A stretch of 64,000 nucleotides of DNA from an uncultured Solirubrobacteraceae bacterium (GTDB lineage: Bacteria; Actinomycetota; Thermoleophilia; Solirubrobacterales; Solirubrobacteraceae), in assembly GCA_963779665.1 (NCBI GenBank), contig CAVZYW010000004.1, positions 98,211-162,210 of the forward strand, read 5' to 3'. Below, in pieces: positions 41,541 to 52,426 of this stretch; position 1 is the stretch's first letter; each line of letters starts with the position of its first letter. Position numbers and translations under genes: made by a program. The notes beneath the pieces were generated by a model. The model had not been told where the DNA came from. It saw only the letters and a list, made by a program, of their open reading frames with translations, and made no database searches.

Positions 41541-41804
41541 ATGAGCAGCAAGCAGCGCTACCGCCTACGCAACCCGTCCACCGGACGGGAGGTCGTGATC
41601 CCCGCCGAGCCCGACGAGATCTACCTCGACCGCGAGTCCGGAGAGCGGCTCGAGGTCGTCGGCAAGGTTCTTCCGCTTGCGCCGTCCACCTCGCGGCTGC
41701 CGTGGGCGGTGGAGCACCTGCGCTTCTGCCCGTGGTGCGACCAGCACGCCCAGAAGGACCTCAACGACTGTCCCACGTGCGGCAGGCGCATGGGCCCGTT
41801 GTGA
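41541..41804 (+). CDS. Small Zn-ribbon protein
   Basis: CPWC..CPTC; 87 aa. Confidence 0.7.
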   Translation: MSSKQRYRLRNPSTGREVVIPAEPDEIYLDRESGERLEVVGKVLPLAPSTSRLPWAVEHLRFCPWCDQHAQKDLNDCPTCGRRMGPL

Positions 41805-42202
41805 GAGCCCGCGTCGCGCTCGCAGCCTGCGCGGCGCTGCTGTGTGGCCCGATACTGAGCGCGTGTGGAGGAACCAGCGTCTCAGACGCGGTTCCCAAGG
41901 CCACCCCGGAAATCGCTGCGCCGACGGACACGAGCGCTGAAGCAGCAGCTGCGCAGAAGACGTCCACCGCGTCGACCAAGACGACGACGAGCAAAACCCC
42001 CGAAACAACGTCCTCGACGAGCAGCGAAGCCGCCGCCGGCGAAAGCACGGAAACGCCCGCCAGCGCCGAAGCCCCGAGCGAAGCAACCCCCAGCGGCGGC
42101 GCGCAGGCAGAAGAAAAGCCAGCCTCCACCGAAGCGCCCGCCAAAGGCGGAGGCGAAGCAGCAGCAGGCGCCAGCCCAACCGGCGGCGCCAGCGCCCCCT
42201 AG
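41801..42202 (+). CDS. Low-complexity lipoprotein
   Basis: Lipobox LSAC; T/S/E/A-rich; GTGA overlap with the upstream gene. Confidence 0.65.
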   Translation: MRARVALAACAALLCGPILSACGGTSVSDAVPKATPEIAAPTDTSAEAAAAQKTSTASTKTTTSKTPETTSSTSSEAAAGESTETPASAEAPSEATPSGGAQAEEKPASTEAPAKGGGEAAAGASPTGGASAP

Positions 42203-42877
42203 GGGGTCGAGATGAGCGTGGCGCTGTAGGTCAGTCGCGCGGTCTGGTACAGGCAGTAGTACTGGACGGCGCTGCCGAGTCGAGGTCTGCGTGGTCTGAG
42301 AGCTGGTGCTGGTGCAGCCGCTCTTCGGCCGGCTTGCACGCCAGGAGGTGTTGTTTTCAAAGCCGAGGGCGAGCGCGGGCGCCCACGAGGGCACCGTCAG
42401 CGCAACGACGTAGCCCTTCTTGATCGGCAGCGTGGTTTCGAGCGGGAACTGCGCGGTCTTGCCGAAGTAGGGCTGAAGTTTGACGAGCGGGCTCTGCGCG
42501 ACGAGCTTGTACGTGAGGTTCGGCTTGGCCTGCGGCGCGAGGATCGCGATCCCGGCTTCCGAGGGGCCACCCTCGTTGGCGTTGAAGAACTTGATCTGGG
42601 TGGCGGTCGGGTTACCGAGCGTGATCGTCCAGGCGACGATCGTCCCGGCTCGCGGCGCGCTCTCCAGGTTGCGTTCGGTGCCGACCTTCACCTGGAAGCC
42701 GGTCGTGCGGCTTACGGCTAGGCAGGGGCTGCCGGGACAGCTGGGCGTGGTCGCAGGGGTGGTAGCGCCGATTACGCCTACTTCTGTGAGTGTCGCCGGC
42801 GCGACGGCCGGCAGGATCAGCGCGAGCGCAGCGGCGCCCGCCAGCACAGCCATGGATATTCGTCTCATATGTGCCAT
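42199..42877 (-). CDS. Secreted hypothetical protein; frameshift near 42275
   Basis: Signal peptide; C-terminus QYYCLYQTARLTYSATLISTP in a shifted frame. Confidence 0.7.
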
Positions 42878-42919
42878 TGAACACGCCCGTCTGCTGTATG
42901 TAGCGGTTTGATCATTTCG

Positions 42920-43333
42920 CTACCTCACCGCCAGTTCCTGCGCGACAGCTGCGATCGCTGCCTGATCGCCCTCGGAGGGTACCCATGGCAGCCGCAGCGG
43001 ATCGTCCTGGTAGCGCGGGATCACGTGCACGTGGAAATGGAAGACGGTCTGCCAGGCGGCACGCCCGCACGAGTTCAGCAGGTTCACGCCGTCGGCTCCC
43101 AGTCGCTCCTTGGCACGCGCCGCCAGCCGCTGACAGGCGAGCGTCACTGCGCTCAGGTCCTCTCGCTCGACGCTCAGCAGGTCAGTGCTGTGCGCTCGCG
43201 GGATCACGAGCGCGTGCCCGCGGGTGGCCGGCGCGATGTCCATGAACGCGATCGTGCGCTCGTCTTCGTCGACGATCTGCGCCGGCAGCTCGCCGGCGAT
43301 GATCTTGCAGAAGATGCAGTCGGGGTCGGCCAT
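42920..43333 (-). CDS. HIT family protein
   Basis: CIFCKI, HFHVH. Confidence 0.95.
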   Translation of the reverse strand: MADPDCIFCKIIAGELPAQIVDEDERTIAFMDIAPATRGHALVIPRAHSTDLLSVEREDLSAVTLACQRLAARAKERLGADGVNLLNSCGRAAWQTVFHFHVHVIPRYQDDPLRLPWVPSEGDQAAIAAVAQELAVR

Positions 43334-43345
43334 GCGCCGCAGATC

Positions 43346-44773
43346 CTACGTCAAGCGGCCGGAGGCCTGCAGGCGCAGGCGGGCGTGGGCGATCGCCTGC
43401 TCGCGCGTGTCCAGCTCGCCGGCGTACTGTGCAGCGGCGAGCTCCTCCAGCATCTCGCCCACGAGTGGGCCGGTCTGGATACCGAGCTCGCCTGCCAGCT
43501 CGTCACCCCGCAGCAGCGGCCTCGGTGGCCCCTGCTCGCGCCATCGCAGCGCATCGGCGAGGACGTCGCGGGCGAGCCGCAGGTGGGCCTCGATCGATTC
43601 TTGCGCACGATCGCCGCGCGTGGCCAGGCGATCGGCGATCGACAGCAGCGTCACGTCGACCTCGACCGGCGAGCACGCGCGCAGATACGCGAACACGGTG
43701 CGCCGACTCAGCGGCTGGGGCTCGTGCACCAGGAAGCCGAGGCGTAGATGGTTCCGGGCCAGCGCCGCCACATGGGCGCGAAGGCGCTCGCTGGCTCGCA
43801 GGCGCTCCAGCACCGTGCGCGCCAACTCTGCGCCGCGGACGTCATGGCCGAGGAACGTGACGCGACCATCTGCGCCGATCGCGCGTGTGAGCGGCTTGGC
43901 GGCGTCGTGCAGCAGGGCACCCCAGCGCAGCGCTTCACCGCGGCTCATCTCATCGGCGAGCGGCTCGGCCAGCAGCTGCTCCAGCTGAGCACGGTGCTCG
44001 CCCAGGGTCTCCTGCAGCTGTGGCGCTGGGACAGCGCTCGTCAGCTCCACCGCCCGATCGAAGACCTCCAGCGTGTGGCCGTAAACGTCGCGGTGGTGAA
44101 AACGATTCTGCTCGACACCGTGCAGCGCCTCGAGCTCCGGCAGGACCACGGCGGTCGCTCGCAGCGAGCTCATCATCTCCAGCCCGCGGTGGGCGCTTGG
44201 TGAGGCGATGATCCGCCGCAGCTCGACGAATACCCGCTCCGCTGAGACATGGGCCAGCCCGTTCACGTGAGCGCCGGCGCTGCGCAGCGTCTCGCTGTCC
44301 GGCTCGAGATCCAACTCGACGGCCAGGCGCACCAGGCGTAGCACCCGCAACGGATCCTGCGCAAACGCCGCTGCTGCTGACATCCGCAGGCGTCTGGCGT
44401 GCAGATCTTCGATGCCGCCGAGTGGGTCGATCGCCGTCCCTCCGGCGAGCGGCTCGGCGATTGCGTTGACGGTGAAGTCGCGCAGCGCCAGATCCTCCTC
44501 GATCGTGCCGGCGCGCAACGGCTCCACGTCGACTTGCCAGGCACCGTCTCGTGCCACCACCCGCCAGGAGCCAAACTCCTCGGATAGCGCAAAGCACGCT
44601 GCACGGCGCGCCGTGCGCGCAACCGCGCGCGCCGCCTCGGCCGGATCGCCGTCGACGACGATGTCGACGTCGACGGTCTGCCTGCCGAGCAGACGGTCGC
44701 GCATCACGCCTCCCACCAGCCAGGCCCGCGTGCCTGTCAGCGCGCCGCGGGCCACATCCAGGCCGGTGCTCAT
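43346..44773 (-). CDS. tRNA nucleotidyltransferase/poly(A) polymerase family with HD domain
   Basis: LVGGVMRD..DVD, LRDFTVNA, DPLRVLR, LLHDAAKP. Confidence 0.9.
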   Translation of the reverse strand: MSTGLDVARGALTGTRAWLVGGVMRDRLLGRQTVDVDIVVDGDPAEAARAVARTARRAACFALSEEFGSWRVVARDGAWQVDVEPLRAGTIEEDLALRDFTVNAIAEPLAGGTAIDPLGGIEDLHARRLRMSAAAAFAQDPLRVLRLVRLAVELDLEPDSETLRSAGAHVNGLAHVSAERVFVELRRIIASPSAHRGLEMMSSLRATAVVLPELEALHGVEQNRFHHRDVYGHTLEVFDRAVELTSAVPAPQLQETLGEHRAQLEQLLAEPLADEMSRGEALRWGALLHDAAKPLTRAIGADGRVTFLGHDVRGAELARTVLERLRASERLRAHVAALARNHLRLGFLVHEPQPLSRRTVFAYLRACSPVEVDVTLLSIADRLATRGDRAQESIEAHLRLARDVLADALRWREQGPPRPLLRGDELAGELGIQTGPLVGEMLEELAAAQYAGELDTREQAIAHARLRLQASGRLT

Positions 44774-45993
44774 GTCCGAGGAGCGTCCGCCGTCCGCGTC
44801 TGCACAGGCACACCGGCGGCGTCGATCGGGACCCCGTCGCGGTGATACACGCGCGTCACTCGCGGTGTCAGCGCACAGGTGATCTCGTAGTTGATCGTGT
44901 CCAGACGGCGGGCGACCTCCTCGGCGGTGATGCGCTCGCTGAGCTGGAAGCCGATCAAGATCGCGCGCTCGCCGCGCAGCTGCTCGGCACCCTGGTCGAA
45001 GCCGAGATCGACGGTGATGCTGTCCATGCTCACGGTGCCCACCAGCGGATGGCGATGTCCGGCGATGAGAACGTCGGCGTTGTTTGACAGGCCGCGCCGC
45101 CAACCGTCGCCGTAGCCGATCGGCAGCACACCGATGTAGGTGTCGCCGTCGGCGACGAACTGGCGTCCGTAGCCTGCGCTCTCCCCCGCCTGGCACAGCT
45201 TCACCTCGGCAAGCCAGGAGCTCAGCTCGAGCGCCGGCTCGAGCGCCCTGGCTGCCGGATCCTTGCCGAACGGGTCCATCCCGTAGATCGCGATCCCACA
45301 GCGCACCATGTCGAACTGCGCCTCTGGCTCACGCATCGTGGCAGCGCTGTTGGCTGCATGGATGATCAGCTCCGGTTCCTCGGCCTTGACTGTGCGCGCC
45401 CAGCGCGTGAAGGTCGTCAGCTGACCGGCGAAGAACCCGTCGTCCTTGAGGTCATCGGCGGTCGCGAAGTGCGTCATCGCTCCGGCCAGCCGCACGCCGG
45501 GCGTCTGGCGTGCAACTGCCGCCACGCGCGAGGCCTCAGCCGGGTCGCGGGTTCCCAGCCGCCCCATGCCAGAGTCGAACTTGACGTGAACGCGCCCGCC
45601 GCCGGCGGCGGCAACCGCCTCCAGGTAGTCCTCGTTCCAGACGACCACGTCCGCATCGGCGGCGAGCGCCTCTCCCAACTCCACACGGCTGAGCGCACCC
45701 ATCACCAATACGCGGACGTCTCGCAGCCCTGCGTCGCGCAGCTCACATGCCTCGCGCGCGTCGGCAACCGCCAGCCAGCTCGCCCCACCGGCGAGCGCGG
45801 CACGCGCGCTCTGCACAGCCCCGTGGCCGTATCCGTCGGCCTTCACCACCGCGCATAGCGCTGCGCCGCGGCGCAGCTGTGTGCGCAGGCGCGCGCAGTT
45901 GCGTCCGATCGCTGCGACGTTCACGCTCGCCTGGGCTCTACGCGTGCTCATCCTCTGATCCTCAACCAGCCCGGATCCGCTGCCATCGCTCAT
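44770..45993 (-). CDS. alr: Alanine racemase
   Basis: VVKADGYGHG, DSGMGRLG, PIGYGDG, TINYE. Confidence 0.97.
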   Translation of the reverse strand: MSDGSGSGLVEDQRMSTRRAQASVNVAAIGRNCARLRTQLRRGAALCAVVKADGYGHGAVQSARAALAGGASWLAVADAREACELRDAGLRDVRVLVMGALSRVELGEALAADADVVVWNEDYLEAVAAAGGGRVHVKFDSGMGRLGTRDPAEASRVAAVARQTPGVRLAGAMTHFATADDLKDDGFFAGQLTTFTRWARTVKAEEPELIIHAANSAATMREPEAQFDMVRCGIAIYGMDPFGKDPAARALEPALELSSWLAEVKLCQAGESAGYGRQFVADGDTYIGVLPIGYGDGWRRGLSNNADVLIAGHRHPLVGTVSMDSITVDLGFDQGAEQLRGERAILIGFQLSERITAEEVARRLDTINYEITCALTPRVTRVYHRDGVPIDAAGVPVQTRTADAPRT

Positions 45994-47605
45994 CGTGTTG
46001 CCCCTTCCCCTTGATGCTCGGCGATTGCGGCCTGTGATCGCGCCGCCGGCAGCGCCGCGATCACGTCCGATGCGATCACGCCCTCGGGGCCGCCCAGGCG
46101 GCGTGCGGCCTCCCTGCCGGCCTGCGCGTGCAGCCACACGCCGGCGGCTGCTGCCACGAACGGCTCAAGACCCTGGGCCAGCAGCGCGCAGATCACGCCC
46201 GTGAGCACGTCGCCCGTCCCGGCGGTCGCAAGCGCCGGGCTGCCACCGGGGCTCACCGCCACCCGACCGCCGGGCTCGGCGATCAGCGTGTCGTCGCCCT
46301 TGAGCACGACCACGGCCGCCGCCTGCTCCGCGGCCGCGCGAACGTGGCGCAGGCGTTCGCGTTCGATCTCGGAGCTGTCCAGCTCGAGCAGGCGCCCGAG
46401 CTCGCCGGCGTGCGGCGTCAGCACCGTCGGCGCGTCCCTGGCGGCCAGATCGCCGAGGCGACCTGCGTGCGCGTTCAGGCCGTCCGCGTCCAGCACCAGC
46501 GCGACGTCCGCCTCGCCGGCGAGCGCGCGCGCGAACGCAAACGCCCCGTCGCTGCGCCCGAGGCCGGGTCCCAGCGCCAGCGCGCCGCCGCGAGCGCTCG
46601 CCTCGAGCACGCCGGCGACCCCGTCGAGCGTGTGCGCGCCCTCCTCGTCGGGCAGCCCCCTGCTCATCATCTCCGGGGTTCCCCCAGTGGCGAGGATTCC
46701 CTGCAGCGAGGCTGGTACGCAGACCGTCACGTAGCCGGCGCCCGTCCGCATGCTCGCCTCCGCGGCCATCCTCGGCGCGCCGGTGAGCCCGCGTGAGCCG
46801 CCCGCGACGAGCACGTGGCCGGAGATGAACTTCGTGGAAGAGGCTCCCCTGCGCGGCAGCTGCCTCGAGCACGCTCGGCGTGATCAGCCCGATCGAGGCT
46901 CCCTGCGGCGCGCCCCGCGGGATGCCGATGTCGAGCGTCTGCACCTCGCCGGCGTGGGCCTTGCCGGGGTGGATCCACAGGCCCGGCTTGGCGGCGTGGA
47001 AGCTGACGGTGACCGACGCGCGCACCGCCGCGCCGCGACGACCCCAGTCGAGGCGTCCACCCCACTCGGCACATCCACGCTGACGACCGAGCGCGCCGGC
47101 GCGTTGATCGCGTCGATCGCCTCGGCGACGGCGCCGCGGGGCTCGCCCTGGAAGCCGGTGCCGAGCAGCGCGTCGACGATGAGCACATCTCGCGCGAACA
47201 CCCCCGCAGCCGTGGCGATGAGCCTCGCGCGACTGCTCTCCCGGCTCCGGCCAGGGCTCCCCGTCCAGGCGCACCGGCGGCGGGCCCGGCAGGCGCTCGA
47301 GGTTCGCGCGCGCGTCCCCGGAGAGCTCTGCCGGCGACGCCACGCACACGACGGTCACCGCTCGCCCGGCCTCGCGCAGCAGGCGCGCGACGACGAGCCC
47401 ATCGCCGCCGTTGTTGCCCTTGCCGCATACGACCGTCACGGGCCCATCCGGCGCGAGGCGCTCGAGCGCGCGTGCGACGCCGGCGCCGGCGCGCTCCATC
47501 AGATCGAGGCCCGCCACGCCGCGCTCCTCGATCGCCCAGCGATCGATGGCGCGCATCGTCTCGGCGTCGGGAAGCGGCGAGCAGCCACGGCGGCAGCGGG
47601 CTCAC
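45990..47605 (-). CDS. nnr: Bifunctional NAD(P)H-hydrate epimerase/dehydratase; frameshifts
   Basis: [36 protein letters not shown] across frames. Confidence 0.9.
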
Positions 47606-47614
47606 GCGGCAGCG

Positions 47615-49484
47615 CTACTCGACGGTGACGGTCTTGGCGAGGTTGCGCGGCTGGTCGACGTTCAGGCCGCGCCGGCGCGCGATCGGTAGGCGAGCAGCTG
47701 CAGCGGGATCACGGCGAGGATCGGCTGCAGCATCCAGTCGGTGGCCGGCACCGCGATCGTCGCATCGACATGCGGCTCGACCACGTCTTCGCCGGCGGTC
47801 GTGACCGCGATCACGTGCGCACCGCGAGCGCGCGCCTCCTGGATGTTCGAGACGAGCTTCTCGAGCACCGGCGAGCGCGTGGCGACGCACACGACCGGCG
47901 TGGCCTCGTCGAGCAGCGCGATCGGCCCGTGCTTCATCTCGCCGGCGGCGTAGGCGTCGGTGGAGATGTAGGAGATCTCCTTCAGCTTCAGCGCACCCTC
48001 GAGCGCGACCGGCAGGCCGATGTGGCGGCCGATGTAGAGGAAGAACTCGGCGTCCCAGCAGGTCTCGGCGATCGCGTCCGTACGCGCCTCGCAGTCCTCG
48101 ATCAGCTCGTCGATGCAGTGCGGCAGCCGCTTGAGCTCGCCGACGAGCTCGGCGATGCGCTGCGCCGGCGCGAGCGTGCCGCGCAGCTCCGCCAGGCGCA
48201 GGCCGAGCAGATACATGACCGCGACCTGGCAGACGAACGTCTTGGTCGCGGCGACGCCGATCTCCAGGCCGGCGCGCGTGTACAGCACGCCGTCGGCCTC
48301 GCGCGTGGCCTGCGAGCCCATCGTGTTGGTGATCGCCAGCACCGTCGCGCCGCGCTCGCGGGCGAGGCGCATCGCCGCCAGCGTGTCGGCGGTCTCGCCC
48401 GACTGCGAGATCCCGATCACGAGATCGCCGGGCCCGACGACCGGGTTGCGGTAGCGGTACTCGGAGGCGATGTCGAGCTCGACCGGCAGCCGCGCCCACT
48501 CCTCGATCGCGTAGCGGCCGATCAGGCCCGCGTGGTAGGCGGTGCCGCAGGCGACGACCACGATCCGCTGCACGCCCGCGAGGATCGCCTCGTCCAACGC
48601 CCCCTGCTCGTCGAGGTCGACGCCGTCGCCGCGCGCGGTGCGGTCGGCGATCGTCTCCGCGACAGCGTCGGCCTGTTCGTGGATCTCCTTCAGCATGAAC
48701 GTCTCGAAGCCGCCCTTCTCGGCGGTCTCCTCGTCCCAGTCGACCGTGTCGATCGTCCCGCTCGACCTGCTCGCCGGCGGCCGTTCGTGATCGACACGCC
48801 ATCGGGCCGCAGCACGACGATCTCGCCGTTCTCCAGGTACTGGACGCGGCGGGTCTCCGCCAGGAACGCCGGTACGGCCGAGGCCACGAACTGCTCGCCC
48901 TCGCCGCGACCGATGATCAGCGGGCACTCCTTGCGCGCGCCGACGAGCAGTCTCGGGCTCGTCGAGGCTCATCGCCACGAACGCGTAGTGGCCCTCGAGC
49001 TGGGCGTAGGCGCCGCGAACCGCGTCGGCCAGGTCGCCGGCGTAGCACTCGGCGATCAGGTGCGCGATCACCTCGGCGTCGGTCTCGGAGGTGAAGACGC
49101 TGCCCTTGCTCGAGCAGTCGCTCCTTGAGCGCCATGTAGTTCTCGACGATCCCGTTGACGACCACGTGGATGCGGTCGCCGCTGTCGTAGTGGGGGTGGG
49201 CGTTCTCCTCGCTCACGCGCCCGTGCGTCGCCCAGCGCGTGTGGCCGATCCCGGTCGTGGCGGCGCGCTCGGCGAGGGCCACCGCCGTGGCGCCGGCGGC
49301 GCTGACCGTCGAGCTTGGCTCGAAGCGCGCTGAGGTTGCCGACCGCGCGCACCGCCTCGATCCGACCCTCGGCGATCACGGAGATTCCCGCCGAGTCATA
49401 GCCGCGGTACTCGAGCTTGCTCAGGCCCGCGAGCAGCAGACCCTGGACGGGCCGCCTGCCGACGTAGCCAACGATGCCGCACAC
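47615..49484 (-). CDS. glmS: Glutamine--fructose-6-phosphate transaminase; frameshifts
   Basis: [41 protein letters not shown]. Confidence 0.95.
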
Positions 49485-49544
49485 GGGATCGAAGATACCA
49501 GCGCGGCAGCGGCGTCTGCCCGACGCGGCGCCGCCGGTCGCGGC

Positions 49545-50920
49545 CTAGCCGAGCTCGCGCTCGACCAGCGCGACGAGGCGTCCGCACACCTCGTCGGCCT
49601 CGTCGTCGGTGGGCGCCTCGACCATCACCCGCACCAGCGGCTCGGTGCCGCTCGGGCGCACGAGCACGCGCCCGCGTCCGCGCAGCTCCTGCTCGGCTGC
49701 GCGCACCGCCTGCTCGAGCTCCTCCGCCTGCGCGAGCGCGCCGCGGTCGCGCACGCGGACGTTGACGAGACGCTGCGGCAGCTTGCTCATCGCGTCGCGC
49801 TCGCTGAGATCCCCCCCGCCCAGCGCCTCCAGCGTCAGCAGCGCGCTGGCGATGCCGTCGCCGGTGCGGTTGAAGCCCATGTCGATGATGTGCCCGGATT
49901 GCTCGCCGCCGAGCGTCCATCCCCGCGCGCGCAACTCCTCGAGCACGTAGCGGTCGCCGACCTGGGTGGTGCAGACCTCAACGCCCGCGCGCTCCATCGC
50001 CGAGTGAAAGCCGTAGTTGGTCATCACCGTGACGGCGACGCCGTCGCCGGTGAGACGGCCGCTGTCGCGCAGGTGAAGCGTCGCCAGCGCCATCAGCTCG
50101 TCGCCGTCGACCACCTCGCCGCGACGATCGACCGCCAGCACGCGGTCGCCGTCGCCGTCGAAGGCGAACCCCACCGCGTGCGCGCCCGTCAGCGACTCGC
50201 TGCGCCAGCGCGTCGACGTGGGTGGAGCCGCAGCCGGCGTTGATGTTGCGCCCGTCCGGCGCGTCCGCGATCACCGTCACGGTCGCGCCCAGGCGTCTGA
50301 AGATCTCGGGCGCGACCTGGTAGGTGGCACCGTTGGCGCAGTCCAGCAGCACGTCCAGGCCGCGCAGGTCGAGCTCAGCGAAACGCACGTGCAGCTCGCG
50401 CAGGTAGTCCTCGGGCGCGCCACGCAGCTCGCGGATGCGCCCGATCGCAGCGGGCGCCACTTCGGACGCGCTACCGGCGCCGGCGCCGACGCCCGCCGTG
50501 GCGGCTGCGGACGCACCAGCGGCGCGCTCGAGCTCGCGCTCGATCGCCAGCTCGGACTCGTCGGAGAGCTTGTAGCCGTCGCCGGCGAAGAACTTGATGC
50601 CGTTGTCCTGGTAGGGATTGTGCGAGGCCGACAGCACGACCGCCAGGTCGAAGCCGTAGCGACCGATCAGCAGCGGCGCCGCCGGCGTCGGCAGCACGCC
50701 GCCGAGCAGCGCGTCGCCGCCGGCGGCGCTCACGCCCGCCGCCAGCGCCGCCTGCAGCATCTCACCGGACTCGCGGGTGTCGCGCACGATCAGCACCTGC
50801 GGGCGCTCGGCCCCCGTCTCGCGGGTCGCCGCGCGTCCCGAGCGCGAGCGCCAGCTCGGCGGTCAGGAACTCGCCGGCGACGCCGCGAACGCCGTCGGTC
50901 CCGAACAGCTTGCGGGTCAT
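49545..50920 (-). CDS. glmM: Phosphoglucosamine mutase; frameshifts
   Basis: LFGTDGVRG, SASHNP, DGDGDR, GGEQSGH, RPSGTEP. Confidence 0.95.
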
Positions 50921-50947
50921 GCCGGTGGGTGGACCTGGTGCAGCGCG

Positions 50948-51858
50948 CTAGCGCTTGGAGAACTGCGGCCGCTTGCGCGCCTTCTTCAGGCCTGCCTTCT
51001 TGCGCTCCTTGGCGCGCGAGTCACGCGTCAGGAAGCCTCTGCGCTTGAGCTCGCCGCGCAGGTTCGGGTCGGCCTCCAGCAGCGCGCGCGAGACGCCGTG
51101 GCGCAGCGCCCCGGCCTGTGCGGAGATGCCGCCGCCGTGCAGTCGCGCGACGACGTCCATGCGGTCCTGGTAGCCGACGGTCTCGAGCGGCTGGCGGATG
51201 TTGCGCTGCAGCGTCAGCCGCGGGAAGTGCTGCTCCAGCGTGCGCCCGTTGACGAGGTAGCTGCCGCTGCCGGGACGCAGCGTCACGCGCGCGATCGCCG
51301 ACTTGCGCTTGCCGGTGGCGCGGTAGCGCGCGCCGGAGGCGAGGTCGATCGCGGCCGTCGAGATCGGCTCGCTGAGCACCTCCTCGCTGGTCCTCCTCGC
51401 CGTCACTGCCTGGCGTCGGAGTCGTCCTCGGTCGCGTATGGGTCGACCGCGTAGGCGTCCTCGTAGCCCTCGCTGCGACCCAGCGGGTCGACGCCCTCGG
51501 GCACGATGTCGACCTCGAGGTGCGCGCCGGGAACGGCCGGCTTCTCGCGCGGCGCCGGCTCCTCTTCCTCCTCGTCCTCCGCCTCCTCGGCCTGCGGCGC
51601 GGCGACAGGCTCCTGGGCCGCGACGGGCTGCTCTGCGGGGGCGGGCTCCTCGGCGGCGACCGGCTCGGCTGGCGCTGCCGGGACGGCTCCTCGGCGGCTA
51701 CCGGCTCGTTTGCCTCGGCGGCGGCGTCTCGGCGACCGGCGTCGCAGCGTGCCTGCTCAGTCTCGGCGCGGGCTGTCCTCGGCCGCGTGGCGGTCCGGCT
51801 GGCCCTCCTCGGTGCTCTCCCCCTCGGGGGGCGATGCGGGGTGCTCCTCGTCTGCCAT
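50948..51858 (-). CDS. rpsI: 30S ribosomal protein S9 with a long acidic N-terminal extension; frameshifts in the extension
   Basis: [24 protein letters not shown]; ATG at 51858 overlaps the rplM stop (TGATG). Confidence 0.9.
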
Positions 51859-52304
51859 CAGGCCTCGATCTCCAGCGGTTGCGGTTTCTGGGCGATGTGC
51901 GGGTGCTCGGGCCCGGCGTAGATCTTGAGCTTCGTGATCTGCTTGCGCGCGAGGCGGTTGCGCGGCATCATGCCCTTGACGGCGAGCCTGATGATGTCCT
52001 CGGGACGCTTGGCGAGCATCTCCTCGAACGTGCGCGAGCGCAGCCCGCCGGGGTAGCCGGAGTGGCGGTAGTAGCGCTTGTCCTGGCGCTTGTTGCCGCT
52101 GACGTGGATCTTCTCGGCGTTGACGACCACCACGAAGTCGCCGGTGTCGATGTGGGGCGTGTACTCGGGCTTGCGCTTGCCGCGCAGCACGTCCGCGATC
52201 TGCGTCGCCAGACGGCCGAGCGTCTTGCCGTTGGCGTCGACGATCAGCCAGTTGCGCTCGCGGTCGGTCGGCTTTGCTACGTAGGTTTTTGTCGAGGGAG
52301 CCAT
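51858..52304 (-). CDS. rplM: 50S ribosomal protein L13
   Basis: [30 protein letters not shown]. Confidence 0.98.
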   Translation of the reverse strand: MAPSTKTYVAKPTDRERNWLIVDANGKTLGRLATQIADVLRGKRKPEYTPHIDTGDFVVVVNAEKIHVSGNKRQDKRYYRHSGYPGGLRSRTFEEMLAKRPEDIIRLAVKGMMPRNRLARKQITKLKIYAGPEHPHIAQKPQPLEIEA

Positions 52305-52426
52305 AGCGTGAAAAAGGCCACGCTGGACGATCTTGCGATCGGTCGCGCGGCGGGACGGACATCATAGGCGAAGTCGCCGAGAAAGGCAGAGTCTCCCGAA
52401 AGGCACGCCGCCCAGAGGCCCCCGGG

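Noticed and set aside
49485-49545. glmS ribozyme
   Set aside because: Only about 60 bp separate glmM and glmS, with no ribozyme core.
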